Positions 9,544 to 18,531 of a stretch of 60,564 bases of DNA are shown here, piece by piece. The stretch comes from an uncultured bacterium (GTDB lineage: Bacteria; Verrucomicrobiota; Kiritimatiellia; CAIKKV01; CAIYGI01). The DNA is taken from positions 1 to 60,564 of the forward strand of contig CAIYGI010000146.1 in assembly GCA_903925685.1 (NCBI GenBank). The letters are read 5' to 3'. The position numbers were made by a program, and so were the translations under genes. Numbering within the stretch: the first letter of the stretch is position 1; every line of letters starts with the position of its first letter. The notes under the pieces are model-generated. The model was not told where the DNA came from, did no database searches, and saw only the letters and a program-made list of their open reading frames with translations.

Positions 9544-12500
9544 ATGAAAACCCCCAAAGATATCGCGGAAGTTTCAACGCGGCGGTCCCGTCGTCGCTGG
9601 CCGTGGATTGTGCTGGGATTATTCGCGCTGCTGCTATTGCTCGCAGGACTGGCGCCGCGGATTGCCTCCATCGGCACGGTCCGGAAGGCGCTGCTGGTCA
9701 GGATCAACGCCAAAATCGCCCCGGCCACGCTGGCGGTCGATGACTGGTCGCTGCGTTGGTTTGGTCCGCTGGCCGTCAGCGGTCTGCATTTCGCCGATCC
9801 CGGTCAGGGCGTGGACGCCAGGATCGCCCGGCTTGGCGTATCGAACTCCCTGGCCGCCATGCTGCGGAAGGGCAAATTGAATCTCGGAACGATCACCGTG
9901 AGCGAGCCGCACGTGTCGATGCGGCTGCCGGAAAAGCCGCCAAAAGCCGCGCCCGCAAATCCTTCCCCATCCGCGCAACCAGCCACCGGCGTCAAGCAAC
10001 CCGCCGCGCCGCCGCTCTCGGATCTGTCCGTTAAACTGGTTGTGCAGGACGGACGCATCGAGATCGCCGGCACGGGCACCCCCGCATTCGTACTGGAACA
10101 GCTGGGCCTGACGGCGGAGATCAAGTCCCTGCGGGATCCCGTCTCCTTCGCCTTTACGACAGCCGTGCCGTGCGACGGCGAATCAGGAAAGGTGGCGCTG
10201 GAAGGCACGTTGCCGGGTCCGGAATACATCATGACGGGCGCCACCACGACAACCGATCGCCTGACGCTGGAACTGTCCAAACTGAACTTGCGGAGTCTGC
10301 GTCCCTTGCTGGAAAGCCTGACCGGCCAGTCATGGATTCGCAGCGGCCTGGCCAACGGCAAAGTCGCGCTGGATTACCGCGGAAAAAGTTCGCTGCAATT
10401 GAAAACTGACCTGACAGTGGCCGGGCTTTCCGTGGAGCCGCCCGGCAAACCGGTCTCGCCGCCCGGCGACGTGCGCGTGCAGGCCGAGTTGTCCTTTGCG
10501 GATGGCCGTCTGACCATCAGTCAGTTTTCATGCGCATCGCCGTGGCTGGGGGCCCAGGCCAGCGGGCAGTTCGCAGTTGCGCCGGATGCGAACGGCCGCC
10601 ACACCGGCGGGATCGAGGCAAAACTGGAGGCCGATCTCGTCGCCCTCACGCGCGATTTTGGAAGCCTGCTGAAACTCAACGGCGACCTGCAGGTGGAAGG
10701 CGGCAAGGCCCGCATGGATCTGTCGCTCGCCGGGACGACCGAATCCGTGGAGGCAAAGGTCAGCCTCGCCACCGACGATCTGGCCGTACGCGCCGACAAA
10801 CAGCTCTTTCTGCCGCGGCCGTCGCCTTCCATGAAGTTGCACCTTTTCTGGCCATACGCGCAGGCGCCGGAGGTACGCGAACTGCTGGTGGATCTTCCTT
10901 TTGCCAGACTCACCGGCAAGGGCCACTTGGATGATGCCTCGCTCCAGGCCAATATCAACCTCAGCGAGTTCTCCAAAACCTTCCGGAGTTTGACCACAAA
11001 TTGTCCGGATATGCGGGGGACGATCGATTTGGACCTCAACAGCCACCGCGACGGCGAACGCATGGCGGCCTCGTTAAAGGTCAAGGCCAGCGAAGTGACG
11101 GCCGAAATGCAAACCGGCCGCCGCCTTGACATCGGCAGCGGACAAATGACCGCCTCGGCCAAAGTGCCGATGGTCAATGGCAGGCCTGTGCCCGAATTGT
11201 CGGATCTGCTCTTCGCGATCGAAAACGCGGCGGGCTCGATCTCCGGCGCGGTCGCCCGTTTCGTGCCGGCATCGAGCAACCGGCCGCCGCTGATCTCGGG
11301 CGGCCAATTGAAGATCGCCGTTGACCTGGAAGCGGCGCGCAGTTTCGCGGCGCCCTTCCTGACGAACCTGCCGCCGGACGCCGTGCTCAGCGGCAAGGCC
11401 CAAATGGAGGCGTCGCTTGAGGGAACGGACGAGTCCCTGGATGCCAGGGTCAACCTGACCACGGAGAGCCTCGCCTTGCGCTCCGGCAGGGCAGTGTTGG
11501 CGATGCAGCCTTCGCCGGCGCTGAAGTTGAACCTCTTCTGGCCATATGCAAAGTCGCCGGAGATACGCGAACTGCAGCTGGACCTGCCCTTTGCCAGGAT
11601 TGGCGGCAAGGGACGGCTGGACGACGCCACGCTCAAGGCCAATGTTGATCTCGCCGCCTTTTCCCGGGACTTCCGGCGCGTGCTGACGAACTGTCCGGCC
11701 ATGACAGGCACGATCGACATGGAGCTGACCAGTCATAAGGATGGCGACCGCATGGCCGCCGCGCTGCTGGTTACGATCGCAAACCTGACGGCGGAGTTGC
11801 GGCCGGGGCAGCGACTGACCCTCGACAGCGGCCGCTTAACCGCCTCGGCAAAGGCGCTGCTGGTCAAAGGCATGCCCGCGCCCGGGCTGTCGGACCTCGC
11901 CTTCGCCTTCGAAAGCGAGGCGGGTTCGATCTCCGGCGCGGCTGATCGCCTCGTCCCGCCGGCGGGCAACATCCCGCCGCTGATCGCGGGCGGCCGGATC
12001 AAGGCGGCGCTCGACCTGGAAAAGACGAGGGATTTCGCGGCTCCATTTTTGACGAACCTGCCGCCGGACAGCGTGCTGAAAGGCAAACTCACGCTCGATG
12101 CGCAATGCACGACCGACCTTCAGGGCGGAACCGTTTCTCTGAATGCCGCGCTCGACCAGTTCAGTTTCGCGAAGCCCGCCAACCAGCCCTTCCTGGAACC
12201 GCATGCGGAACTGGCCGTCAAGGCCGCGTTTTCCGCCGAGGCAAGCCGACTGACGCTGGACACACTTTCCCTCAAGACCTCGCTCGCGGAGATCAACGCC
12301 AGGGGCCGGATCGACGACTTCCAAAAACAAAGGCTGACCGATTTAAGCGGCACGCTGATGGTGGATTTCGATAAGCTGAATTTGCTGCTGCGCGCAAACG
12401 GCGCGGCAAATGCGACGATTGCCGGCAGACAGGCGCGGCCTTTTGTGTTCAAAGGGCCGCTGGGAGACAATCCCCGGACGCTGCTTGCGCAAACCCGGGC

Positions 12501-13299
12501 CGAGGCCGCCTTGTACCTGGCGTCGGCGGCCGGCTTTGGCTTGGCGGCAGGCCCGTCGGATATCGGCATGCAACTGAGCAATGGCGTGCTGCGCCTCAGC
12601 TATGCCCCCACCCTCAATCAGGGCACGCTTCAACTCACGCCCAGCATCGAAGCCACCGCCGATCCGATGGTGTTCTCGCTGCCACCCGGAGCGCGCGTGC
12701 TGCAGAATGCGCAACTTACGCAGGACATGCTGGACCAGGTTTTGGTGATGGTCCTGCCGTTGCTGCGCGGAAGCAGCGTCCTGGGCGGCTCGGTCGACCT
12801 GACCATGCTGAACTGCCGGGTGCCGCTGGGTGATACCCTCAAGCGCGACACGACTTTCAGCGCCCTGCTTACGCTGCGAAATGTGCGTTTGGCCCCCTCC
12901 GGCATCCTGGGCACGGTGTTCCAAATGGCCGGCCTGGGCGGCAAAGAGGTGACGATCCAGCAGCACGAATTGACGGCGGTATGCAAAGACGGCCGCATAA
13001 CGCCTTCGCCGCTCGACCTGAATATCGCGGGCAATACCGTGAAGTTGACCGGCTCGGTCGGTCTGGATGGCACGCTCGCCTACACGGCGGAGGTGCCAAT
13101 GGCGAAAAACCTGGTTGGCAAAGAAGCGGAGAAGTACCTGGAAGGCGTCACGATCAAAGTGCCCATCGCCGGCACGGTCAAATCCCCGACCATCAACCGC
13201 TCCGCCATGAACTCCGAGATCAAGCGGCTGATCGAGGAGGCGCTGAAGAAGGCCGCCGTCGCCAAGATGGGCGACCTGCTCAAAAACATCAAGTTTTAG
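9544..13299 (+). CDS. AsmA-family / TamB-like large envelope protein
   Basis: 1251 aa. N-terminal anchor RRWPWIVLGLFALLLLLAGLAP followed by an AsmA-like start. AsmA-like C-terminus (LTGSVGLDGTLAYTAEVPM..VPIAGTVKSPTI). Contains an internal tandem duplication. Confidence 0.7.
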   Translation: MKTPKDIAEVSTRRSRRRWPWIVLGLFALLLLLAGLAPRIASIGTVRKALLVRINAKIAPATLAVDDWSLRWFGPLAVSGLHFADPGQGVDARIARLGVSNSLAAMLRKGKLNLGTITVSEPHVSMRLPEKPPKAAPANPSPSAQPATGVKQPAAPPLSDLSVKLVVQDGRIEIAGTGTPAFVLEQLGLTAEIKSLRDPVSFAFTTAVPCDGESGKVALEGTLPGPEYIMTGATTTTDRLTLELSKLNLRSLRPLLESLTGQSWIRSGLANGKVALDYRGKSSLQLKTDLTVAGLSVEPPGKPVSPPGDVRVQAELSFADGRLTISQFSCASPWLGAQASGQFAVAPDANGRHTGGIEAKLEADLVALTRDFGSLLKLNGDLQVEGGKARMDLSLAGTTESVEAKVSLATDDLAVRADKQLFLPRPSPSMKLHLFWPYAQAPEVRELLVDLPFARLTGKGHLDDASLQANINLSEFSKTFRSLTTNCPDMRGTIDLDLNSHRDGERMAASLKVKASEVTAEMQTGRRLDIGSGQMTASAKVPMVNGRPVPELSDLLFAIENAAGSISGAVARFVPASSNRPPLISGGQLKIAVDLEAARSFAAPFLTNLPPDAVLSGKAQMEASLEGTDESLDARVNLTTESLALRSGRAVLAMQPSPALKLNLFWPYAKSPEIRELQLDLPFARIGGKGRLDDATLKANVDLAAFSRDFRRVLTNCPAMTGTIDMELTSHKDGDRMAAALLVTIANLTAELRPGQRLTLDSGRLTASAKALLVKGMPAPGLSDLAFAFESEAGSISGAADRLVPPAGNIPPLIAGGRIKAALDLEKTRDFAAPFLTNLPPDSVLKGKLTLDAQCTTDLQGGTVSLNAALDQFSFAKPANQPFLEPHAELAVKAAFSAEASRLTLDTLSLKTSLAEINARGRIDDFQKQRLTDLSGTLMVDFDKLNLLLRANGAANATIAGRQARPFVFKGPLGDNPRTLLAQTRAEAALYLASAAGFGLAAGPSDIGMQLSNGVLRLSYAPTLNQGTLQLTPSIEATADPMVFSLPPGARVLQNAQLTQDMLDQVLVMVLPLLRGSSVLGGSVDLTMLNCRVPLGDTLKRDTTFSALLTLRNVRLAPSGILGTVFQMAGLGGKEVTIQQHELTAVCKDGRITPSPLDLNIAGNTVKLTGSVGLDGTLAYTAEVPMAKNLVGKEAEKYLEGVTIKVPIAGTVKSPTINRSAMNSEIKRLIEEALKKAAVAKMGDLLKNIKF
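10699..12078 (+). repeat. intragenic tandem duplication, 2 x 690 nt (2 x 230 aa)
   Basis: aa 386-615 (GGKARMDLSLAGT..LTNLPPDAVL) and aa 616-845 (SGKAQMEASLEGT..LTNLPPDSVL) align without gaps. Long shared blocks include LFWPYA, DLPFAR, AGSISGA and FAAPFLTNLPPD. Confidence 0.85.
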
Positions 13300-13475
13300 C
13301 CGGTGTCCACGGCGCCCACCGTGACAACGTATGGTTTGATCCGCTTCCGCCACGCGGCGCTGTCATAGTGCCGGTCGATCCGCTCTCCGACCTCGTCCTC
13401 GAAGGGCAGCGTATAAGGAATCTCCGCCGTTTCGCGGTGGTTGATCTGATTGAGCACGATTTCGCGGGGAGTCAT
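13296..13475 (-). pseudogene. 59-aa N-terminal fragment of a URO-D-like (uroporphyrinogen decarboxylase family) gene
   Basis: My own translation is MTPREIVLNQINHRETAEIPYTLPFEDEVGERIDRHYDSAAWRKRIKPYVVTVGAVDTG*. It resembles the N-terminus of roughly 330-aa URO-D family proteins. The stop overlaps the stop of the convergent AsmA-like gene. Confidence 0.3.
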
Positions 13476-13567
13476 GTTTTCCTTTCCTCTTTGTCACGCA
13501 GGATCACGTCGCCCGGTCCGCGGCAGCAGGCGCCGCAGCGCTGGCAGTTGAAATTTGGGTTCGTCAT
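13472..13567 (-). pseudogene. 31-aa fragment of a YkgJ-type CxxCxxCC cysteine-cluster protein
   Basis: MTNPNFNCQRCGACCRGPGDVILRDKEERKT*. Only the N-terminal Cys cluster is present. An ATGA overlap joins it to the next mini-ORF. Confidence 0.3.
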
Positions 13568-13668
13568 TTTGTGAGCCAGATAGAGAGCGATTATAGGCTG
13601 GGATTCTGGTTTGCGCGAGGGACAAAAAAGACTTAAGGGACTGGAGGGACAAATCCCATTTGCATTTC

Positions 13669-13702
13669 GTCCCTCAAGTCCCTCAGGTCCCTGAAGTCCC
13701 TT
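13669..13702 (+). repeat. 9-nt word repeat GTCCCTNAN, about 3.7 units
   Basis: GTCCCTCAA GTCCCTCAG GTCCCTGAA GTCCCTT. An inverted partner AAGGGACTGGAGGGAC lies at 13635-13650. Confidence 0.8.
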
Positions 13703-13846
13703 ATTATTCATCGCTCGCGCACTCATTAACCAAAACACCAAACCTGGCCCACTTTCCCGAACACCGAAAAGCGCGTCTGACGTTTGATTAACCGAAAAAA
13801 TGTTGTATTCTCGGTCGCACGAAGAGGGTAGAAACGGATCAGCATC

Positions 13847-14668
13847 ATGAACAAATCGTTGCGCTATCGGGAATCACTGCCGGATGCCCGGCGGATTGTG
13901 GTCAAAATCGGCAGCCGTGTGCTGGTGCAGCGCAAGGGGCGCCCGGAAATGCGCCGCATCCGGAGTCTGGTCGCGGACATCGCCAGACTGCACGCCGCAG
14001 GCGCCGAAATGGTGATCGTCACCTCGGGCGCCATCGGCACCGGCGTCGAGGCGCTGGGTATGCCGGGCCGTCCGAAGGCGCTGCCGGATTTGCAAATGGC
14101 GGCCGCGGTCGGACAGTGCCGGCTGATGGCGCGCTACGACGCGCTCTTCAATTCCAAGCGCATCAAGGTCGGTCAGGTTCTGCTGACGCATGAGGATTTC
14201 AACCACCGGCTGCGCATGACCAACGCGCACCGTACGATGGAGAACATGCTGCATCACCGCGTGATCCCGATCGTCAACGAGAACGACGTGGTGGCCGACG
14301 AGGAAATTCGCGCCGACATCAAGCTGGGCGACAACGACCGGTTGGCGGAACTGGTGGTAAAGCTGATCCGCGCCGACCTGCTGATCGTACTGACGACCGT
14401 GGACGGCTTGCGCGCGCCATCGGCCAACGGCCGCACGCGGCGGGTGCCGTACATCGAAAAGCTGGACCGACGGACGATGGCCCTGATTGACGCCCCGGTC
14501 GCCGGCCTCTCCACCGGCGGCATGGGTTCCAAGCTCAAGGCCGCCTATGCCGTGGCCAAGACCGGCTGCAATGTGGTGATCGCCGACGGCCGGCGGCCTG
14601 GCATCGTCGGCCGCGTCAAGAGCGGCGAAGATACCGGCACGTTGGTGCTGGCGGCGGTGAGCGATTGA
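13847..14668 (+). CDS. proB: glutamate 5-kinase (no PUA domain)
   Basis: VVKIGSRVL, VIVTSGAIGTG and LGDNDRLAELV motifs. 273 aa. Adjacent to proA. Confidence 0.92.
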   Translation: MNKSLRYRESLPDARRIVVKIGSRVLVQRKGRPEMRRIRSLVADIARLHAAGAEMVIVTSGAIGTGVEALGMPGRPKALPDLQMAAAVGQCRLMARYDALFNSKRIKVGQVLLTHEDFNHRLRMTNAHRTMENMLHHRVIPIVNENDVVADEEIRADIKLGDNDRLAELVVKLIRADLLIVLTTVDGLRAPSANGRTRRVPYIEKLDRRTMALIDAPVAGLSTGGMGSKLKAAYAVAKTGCNVVIADGRRPGIVGRVKSGEDTGTLVLAAVSD

Positions 14669-14689
14669 AAGTGACCGACTATTAGCCAA

Positions 14690-14815
14690 GGTGTTCAGTG
14701 TTCGGTGTTCAGTGTTCTGAGGAGTAGGACCAATGAATGCAGTCATTAATATTTTGGATCAGAAACAAGGGCGAGAGAAAACCGCGCATTCTCTGAACAC
14801 CGAACACTGAACACC
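14690..14815. mobile_element. MITE-like element with perfect 23-bp terminal inverted repeats
   Basis: GGTGTTCAGTGTTCGGTGTTCAG (14690-14712) is the exact reverse complement of 14793-14815, with an 80-nt AT-rich interior. An identical 23-mer occurs at 21033-21055. Confidence 0.55.
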
Positions 14816-14827
14816 CATTTAGCACCA

Positions 14828-16087
14828 ATGAATTTACATGAATCCATGATAGCCCTGGGCGACCGGGCGGTGGCGGCGGCGCGGGCGCTGGCGGCGCTCG
14901 ATACGCGGCGCAAGAACGCCATTTTACGCGGCATGGCCGACGCCATTGAAGCGCAGCGCGCGACGCTGCAGGCCGCCAATTCCCAGGATCTCGCTGCCGG
15001 CCACGTCGCCGGACTTTCGGCGGCCATGCTCGACCGTCTGACGCTAAGCGAGGCCCGCGTGGCGGCCATGGCGGACGGTCTGCGCGAGGTGGCGGCATTG
15101 CGCGACCCCGTCGGACGGGTCTTGCGGCGCACGAAGCGGCCCAATGGGCTCGTGATCGTCAAGCGCCGCGTCCCCATCGGCGTAATCGCCATCATCTACG
15201 AATCCCGCCCCAACGTCACGGCCGATGCCGCCGGACTCTGCCTCAAGGCGGGCAACGCGGTGATTCTGCGCGGCGGCAAGGAAGCGCTGCATTCCAATGG
15301 GGCGATCGTGGCCGCCATGCTGGCCGGCGGAACGCCGCAGGGGTTGCCCGCGGACGCCGTGCAGTGGATCGCCACGCCCGACCGCGACGCCGTGAAGGAA
15401 CTGGTCCAGTTGGAAGGACGCGTGGATCTGGTCATGCCGCGCGGTGGCGAGAGTCTGATCCGCGCCGTCATGGCCCAGGCGCGCGTGCCGGTGATCAAAC
15501 ACTACAAGGGCGTCTGCCATACCTATGTCGACGCCGACGCCGATCTCAAGATGGCGCTCGCCATCGTCGAGAACGCCAAGTGCCAGCGGCCCGGAGTGTG
15601 CAATGCCATGGAAACGCTGCTCGTCCACCAGGATGTGGCGGCGCGCTTCCTGCCCATGGTCGCGCGGCGGCTGGGCGTGGAACGGCATGTGGAACTGCGC
15701 GGTGACGATGCCGCCCGCGCCATCGTGCCCGGCATGATCCCGGCCACCGGGGACGATTGGCACGCGGAATACCTGGACCTGATTCTGGCGGTGCGCGTGG
15801 TGCCTTCGCTGGAGGAGGCCGTGTCGCACATTCAGCGCTACGGGTCGGCCCATTCCGACGCGATCGTGACAAGCAATCAGGAAACAGCCGCGCGCTTCCT
15901 ACGCGATGTGGATTCCGCCACCGTCTATGTCAACGCCTCCACCCGCTTTACCGACGGCGGCGAGTTCGGGATGGGCGCCGAAATCGGCATCAGCACCGAC
16001 AAACTGCATGCCCGCGGGCCCATGGGCTTGGAAGAGCTCACGACTTACAAGTATCAGGTTACCGGCACCGGACAGATCAGGAAATGA
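14828..16087 (+). CDS. proA: glutamate-5-semialdehyde dehydrogenase
   Basis: 419 aa. RRVPIGVIAIIYESRPNVTADAAGLCLKAGNAVILRGGKEA is the typical ProA core. Confidence 0.95.
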   Translation: MNLHESMIALGDRAVAAARALAALDTRRKNAILRGMADAIEAQRATLQAANSQDLAAGHVAGLSAAMLDRLTLSEARVAAMADGLREVAALRDPVGRVLRRTKRPNGLVIVKRRVPIGVIAIIYESRPNVTADAAGLCLKAGNAVILRGGKEALHSNGAIVAAMLAGGTPQGLPADAVQWIATPDRDAVKELVQLEGRVDLVMPRGGESLIRAVMAQARVPVIKHYKGVCHTYVDADADLKMALAIVENAKCQRPGVCNAMETLLVHQDVAARFLPMVARRLGVERHVELRGDDAARAIVPGMIPATGDDWHAEYLDLILAVRVVPSLEEAVSHIQRYGSAHSDAIVTSNQETAARFLRDVDSATVYVNASTRFTDGGEFGMGAEIGISTDKLHARGPMGLEELTTYKYQVTGTGQIRK

Positions 16088-16139
16088 GGCTCAAGAAATT
16101 TTTCGTAATCATAGTCTTAATCGTAATCCGAAAATTCCC

Positions 16140-17132
16140 ATGACCACTGATCAAACACCTTTGCTGGAACTGCGCGACCTGCACACCTGGTTTCCCATTC
16201 AACGCGGACTGCTCAACCGCACAGTGGGCCAGGTATACGCGGTGGACGGCGTCTCCCTGGCGATCCAGGCCGGCGAAACGCTGGGGCTGGTCGGCGAGTC
16301 GGGTTGCGGCAAGACCACGCTTGGGCGCACCGTGATCGGGCTCGAAAAACCAACCAGCGGCACGCTCTTGCTGGCGGGGCTGGAAATCGGCGCCGACCGC
16401 ACACGCGCGCAGCGCCGGCGGCTGCAGATGGTCTTCCAGGATCCCTTCGCCTCGCTCAATCCGCGGCTGACGGTGATCGACCTGCTCACCGAGGGCATGC
16501 TGGTCCACGGATTGATCAGCCGCGCGCAAACCCGCGAGGCGGCGCAGAGGCTCCTGGGGGAAGTCGGGCTGGACAACGACGCGCTGCATCGGTTTCCCCA
16601 CGAATTCTCCGGCGGCCAGCGGCAGCGCATCAGCATCGCGCGCGCCCTGGCCCTGCAACCGGAGCTGGTGGTTTGCGACGAAGCAGTGAGCGCGCTCGAC
16701 GTCTCGGTGCGCGCGCAGGTGCTCAACCTGCTGCTCAGTCTGCGCGCCCGCCACAACCTGGCCTACCTTTTCATATCGCACGATATCGCCGTCGTGCGGC
16801 ACATCGCCCACCGCGTGGCGGTGATGTACCTGGGCGTGATCATGGAGGAGGGCGCCGCCGGATCGGTGCTCGACCGCCCGCTCCACCCCTACACCAGGGC
16901 GCTGCGCTCGGCCGTGCCCGAACCCTTCGCGGAACAAAAACAGCGCATGGTGTTGAATGGCGATGCGCCCTCCCCGGCGCACCCACCGCCCGGCTGCCGC
17001 TTCCATCCCCGTTGTCCATGGGCCGCGCCCGCCTGCCGGATCCAGGCGCCGGTGCTGGAAAATACGGACGATCCCGGCGACCCCATCCACCGTGTAGCCT
17101 GCCTGCGCTGGCGGGAAATCCAGGACCTTTGA
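16140..17132 (+). CDS. ABC transporter ATP-binding protein, OppF/DppF-like
   Basis: Walker A GESGCGKTT, signature FSGGQRQR, Walker B LVVCDEAVSALD. Cys-containing oligopeptide-type C-terminal extension (PPGCRFHPRCPW). The track's 5' extension overlaps proA and is discarded. Confidence 0.9.
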   Translation: MTTDQTPLLELRDLHTWFPIQRGLLNRTVGQVYAVDGVSLAIQAGETLGLVGESGCGKTTLGRTVIGLEKPTSGTLLLAGLEIGADRTRAQRRRLQMVFQDPFASLNPRLTVIDLLTEGMLVHGLISRAQTREAAQRLLGEVGLDNDALHRFPHEFSGGQRQRISIARALALQPELVVCDEAVSALDVSVRAQVLNLLLSLRARHNLAYLFISHDIAVVRHIAHRVAVMYLGVIMEEGAAGSVLDRPLHPYTRALRSAVPEPFAEQKQRMVLNGDAPSPAHPPPGCRFHPRCPWAAPACRIQAPVLENTDDPGDPIHRVACLRWREIQDL

Positions 17133-17206
17133 GACTCTTTCGGATTGCACCGCGGCGTTCCCCCTGTTAAACACTTGGGTGTGTTCGACACAGGAGTTCA
17201 ATAACC

Positions 17207-17983
17207 ATGAGTTTTGTAACCATTCCTTGCACGAAATGCGGCTCCAAGCTGAAGATCAGGGAGCTGTATGCACGCAACCAAACGGAAATTCGCTGCGTAA
17301 AATGCGGCGCCAAGATCGCGATCACGCAAGATCCCCATGGCGGAAAACCATCCGCGACTCCCACCCCGCCCGCGCCGCTGCCACTCGACGCCAGGCCGCC
17401 AGTTGCTCCGGCCCCCGCGGCGCCGCTGCCCGTCGTGCCGCTCGCCGAGCCCGTCAAACCAGCCGCGGTGCTGCCGCTCCCGCCCGCGGCGGCCGTCGAA
17501 AATGCCCTGCCCACCGTCGTTTCGCACAGGCTGATGGTGATCAAACCGAGCAGCGGGCCAATCGTCGCGCCAGCGACGCCGCCCCACCTGCCGGTCGTGC
17601 CCGTCCCCCTGCCGCCCGCCGCCGTCCACATGGCCGTGCCGGTAGTTCCGAAAGTCATTGCCGTTCACCCGCCCGCGCCCGAGACGGCGCCGCGTCCCCC
17701 GCCGTCCGTGACGCCCATCCAGCCCGCCCCGATGGTGGTCGAACTTCAGGCCCGCGTCGTTAAACTGGAGGGCGAAGTGCAGGCGCTGCGGGAAATGTTG
17801 AATAAACGTCCCGCCGAAGTCGAAGCGCTCAATCAAAAAACGATGGATGGCCTCGGCGCCGATATCAACGATACGATCAACCTCTGGAAACAGGAACTGC
17901 TGGACGCCTCCAAGTTGGAACTGAACCGGGCCGAAAGCCTTGTCAAGGTTCTGCAAGCCCGCATCCAGCATCTACAGGACTGA
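17207..17983 (+). CDS. hypothetical protein: N-terminal zinc ribbon, Pro-rich linker, C-terminal coiled coil
   Basis: CTKCG..(17 aa)..CVKCG at the N-terminus. A P/A/V-rich region of about 130 aa follows, then a heptad-like tail (ELQARVVKLEGEVQALREML..). Confidence 0.6.
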   Translation: MSFVTIPCTKCGSKLKIRELYARNQTEIRCVKCGAKIAITQDPHGGKPSATPTPPAPLPLDARPPVAPAPAAPLPVVPLAEPVKPAAVLPLPPAAAVENALPTVVSHRLMVIKPSSGPIVAPATPPHLPVVPVPLPPAAVHMAVPVVPKVIAVHPPAPETAPRPPPSVTPIQPAPMVVELQARVVKLEGEVQALREMLNKRPAEVEALNQKTMDGLGADINDTINLWKQELLDASKLELNRAESLVKVLQARIQHLQD

Positions 17984-18017
17984 TTATTGCGACAACCGAC
18001 CAACCCAGGAGTAATCC

Positions 18018-18527
18018 ATGAATCTCACTCCCGAACAACAAAAGACCGTCGCCACATGGGTCGCAGAAGGCTGCACCCTGGCCGAAATTCAACGCCGTCT
18101 CAACGAACAGTTCTCACTGACCGTGCCGTACATGGAAACCCGCATGCTGCTGATCGACCTCGGACTGGAATTGAAAGACCAGCGCGCCAGCAGCGCGCCC
18201 GCGGTTTTTGCCGGGAAAGACCAGGCCGGCAATGCCGGCGCCCCACCCTTGCTGCCGGATGAAGACGACCTTGGCCCCGCGAACGCCGCCGGCGAGGCGG
18301 CGCCCGGCGGCGGAAAGGTCCGGGTCGAAGTGGACCGCCTGATGCGCCCGGGCACCGTCGTCAGCGGCTCGGTTACCTTCAGCGACGGCGTCACCGCCAC
18401 CTGGGCGCTGGACCAGACGGGCCGCCTGGGGCTCGAAGCCAGCCGCAAGGGCTACCGTCCCAATGCCGAGGACATCCGCGACTTCCAGCTGGCGCTGCAG
18501 CGCGAACTGCAAAAAACCGGTTATTGA
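18018..18527 (+). CDS. hypothetical protein (169 aa)
   Basis: ORF placed tightly between neighbours, 4 nt before the trpS ATG. Short helical N-terminus, G/A/P-rich linker and a small C-terminal domain. I recognise no family. Confidence 0.5.
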   Translation: MNLTPEQQKTVATWVAEGCTLAEIQRRLNEQFSLTVPYMETRMLLIDLGLELKDQRASSAPAVFAGKDQAGNAGAPPLLPDEDDLGPANAAGEAAPGGGKVRVEVDRLMRPGTVVSGSVTFSDGVTATWALDQTGRLGLEASRKGYRPNAEDIRDFQLALQRELQKTGY

Positions 18528-18531
18528 AATC

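Noticed and set aside
13568-13741. Upstream part of the 89-aa ORF 13472-13741
   Set aside because: It is a translation of the GTCCCT word repeats (KGLQGPEGLEGR). Only the last 31 codons look gene-derived.
14733-14810. 25-aa mini-ORF (MNAVINILDQKQGREKTAHSLNTEH) with a GAGGAG upstream, inside the proB-proA hairpin element
   Set aside because: It has no proline codons, as would be expected for a pro-operon leader peptide. It ends inside the inverted repeat and most likely arose by chance within a MITE-like insert.
15906-16139. 5' extension of the ABC ATPase ORF
   Set aside because: It overlaps the 3' end of proA in another frame and the AT-rich spacer. The conserved ABC N-terminus begins at the ATG at 16140.
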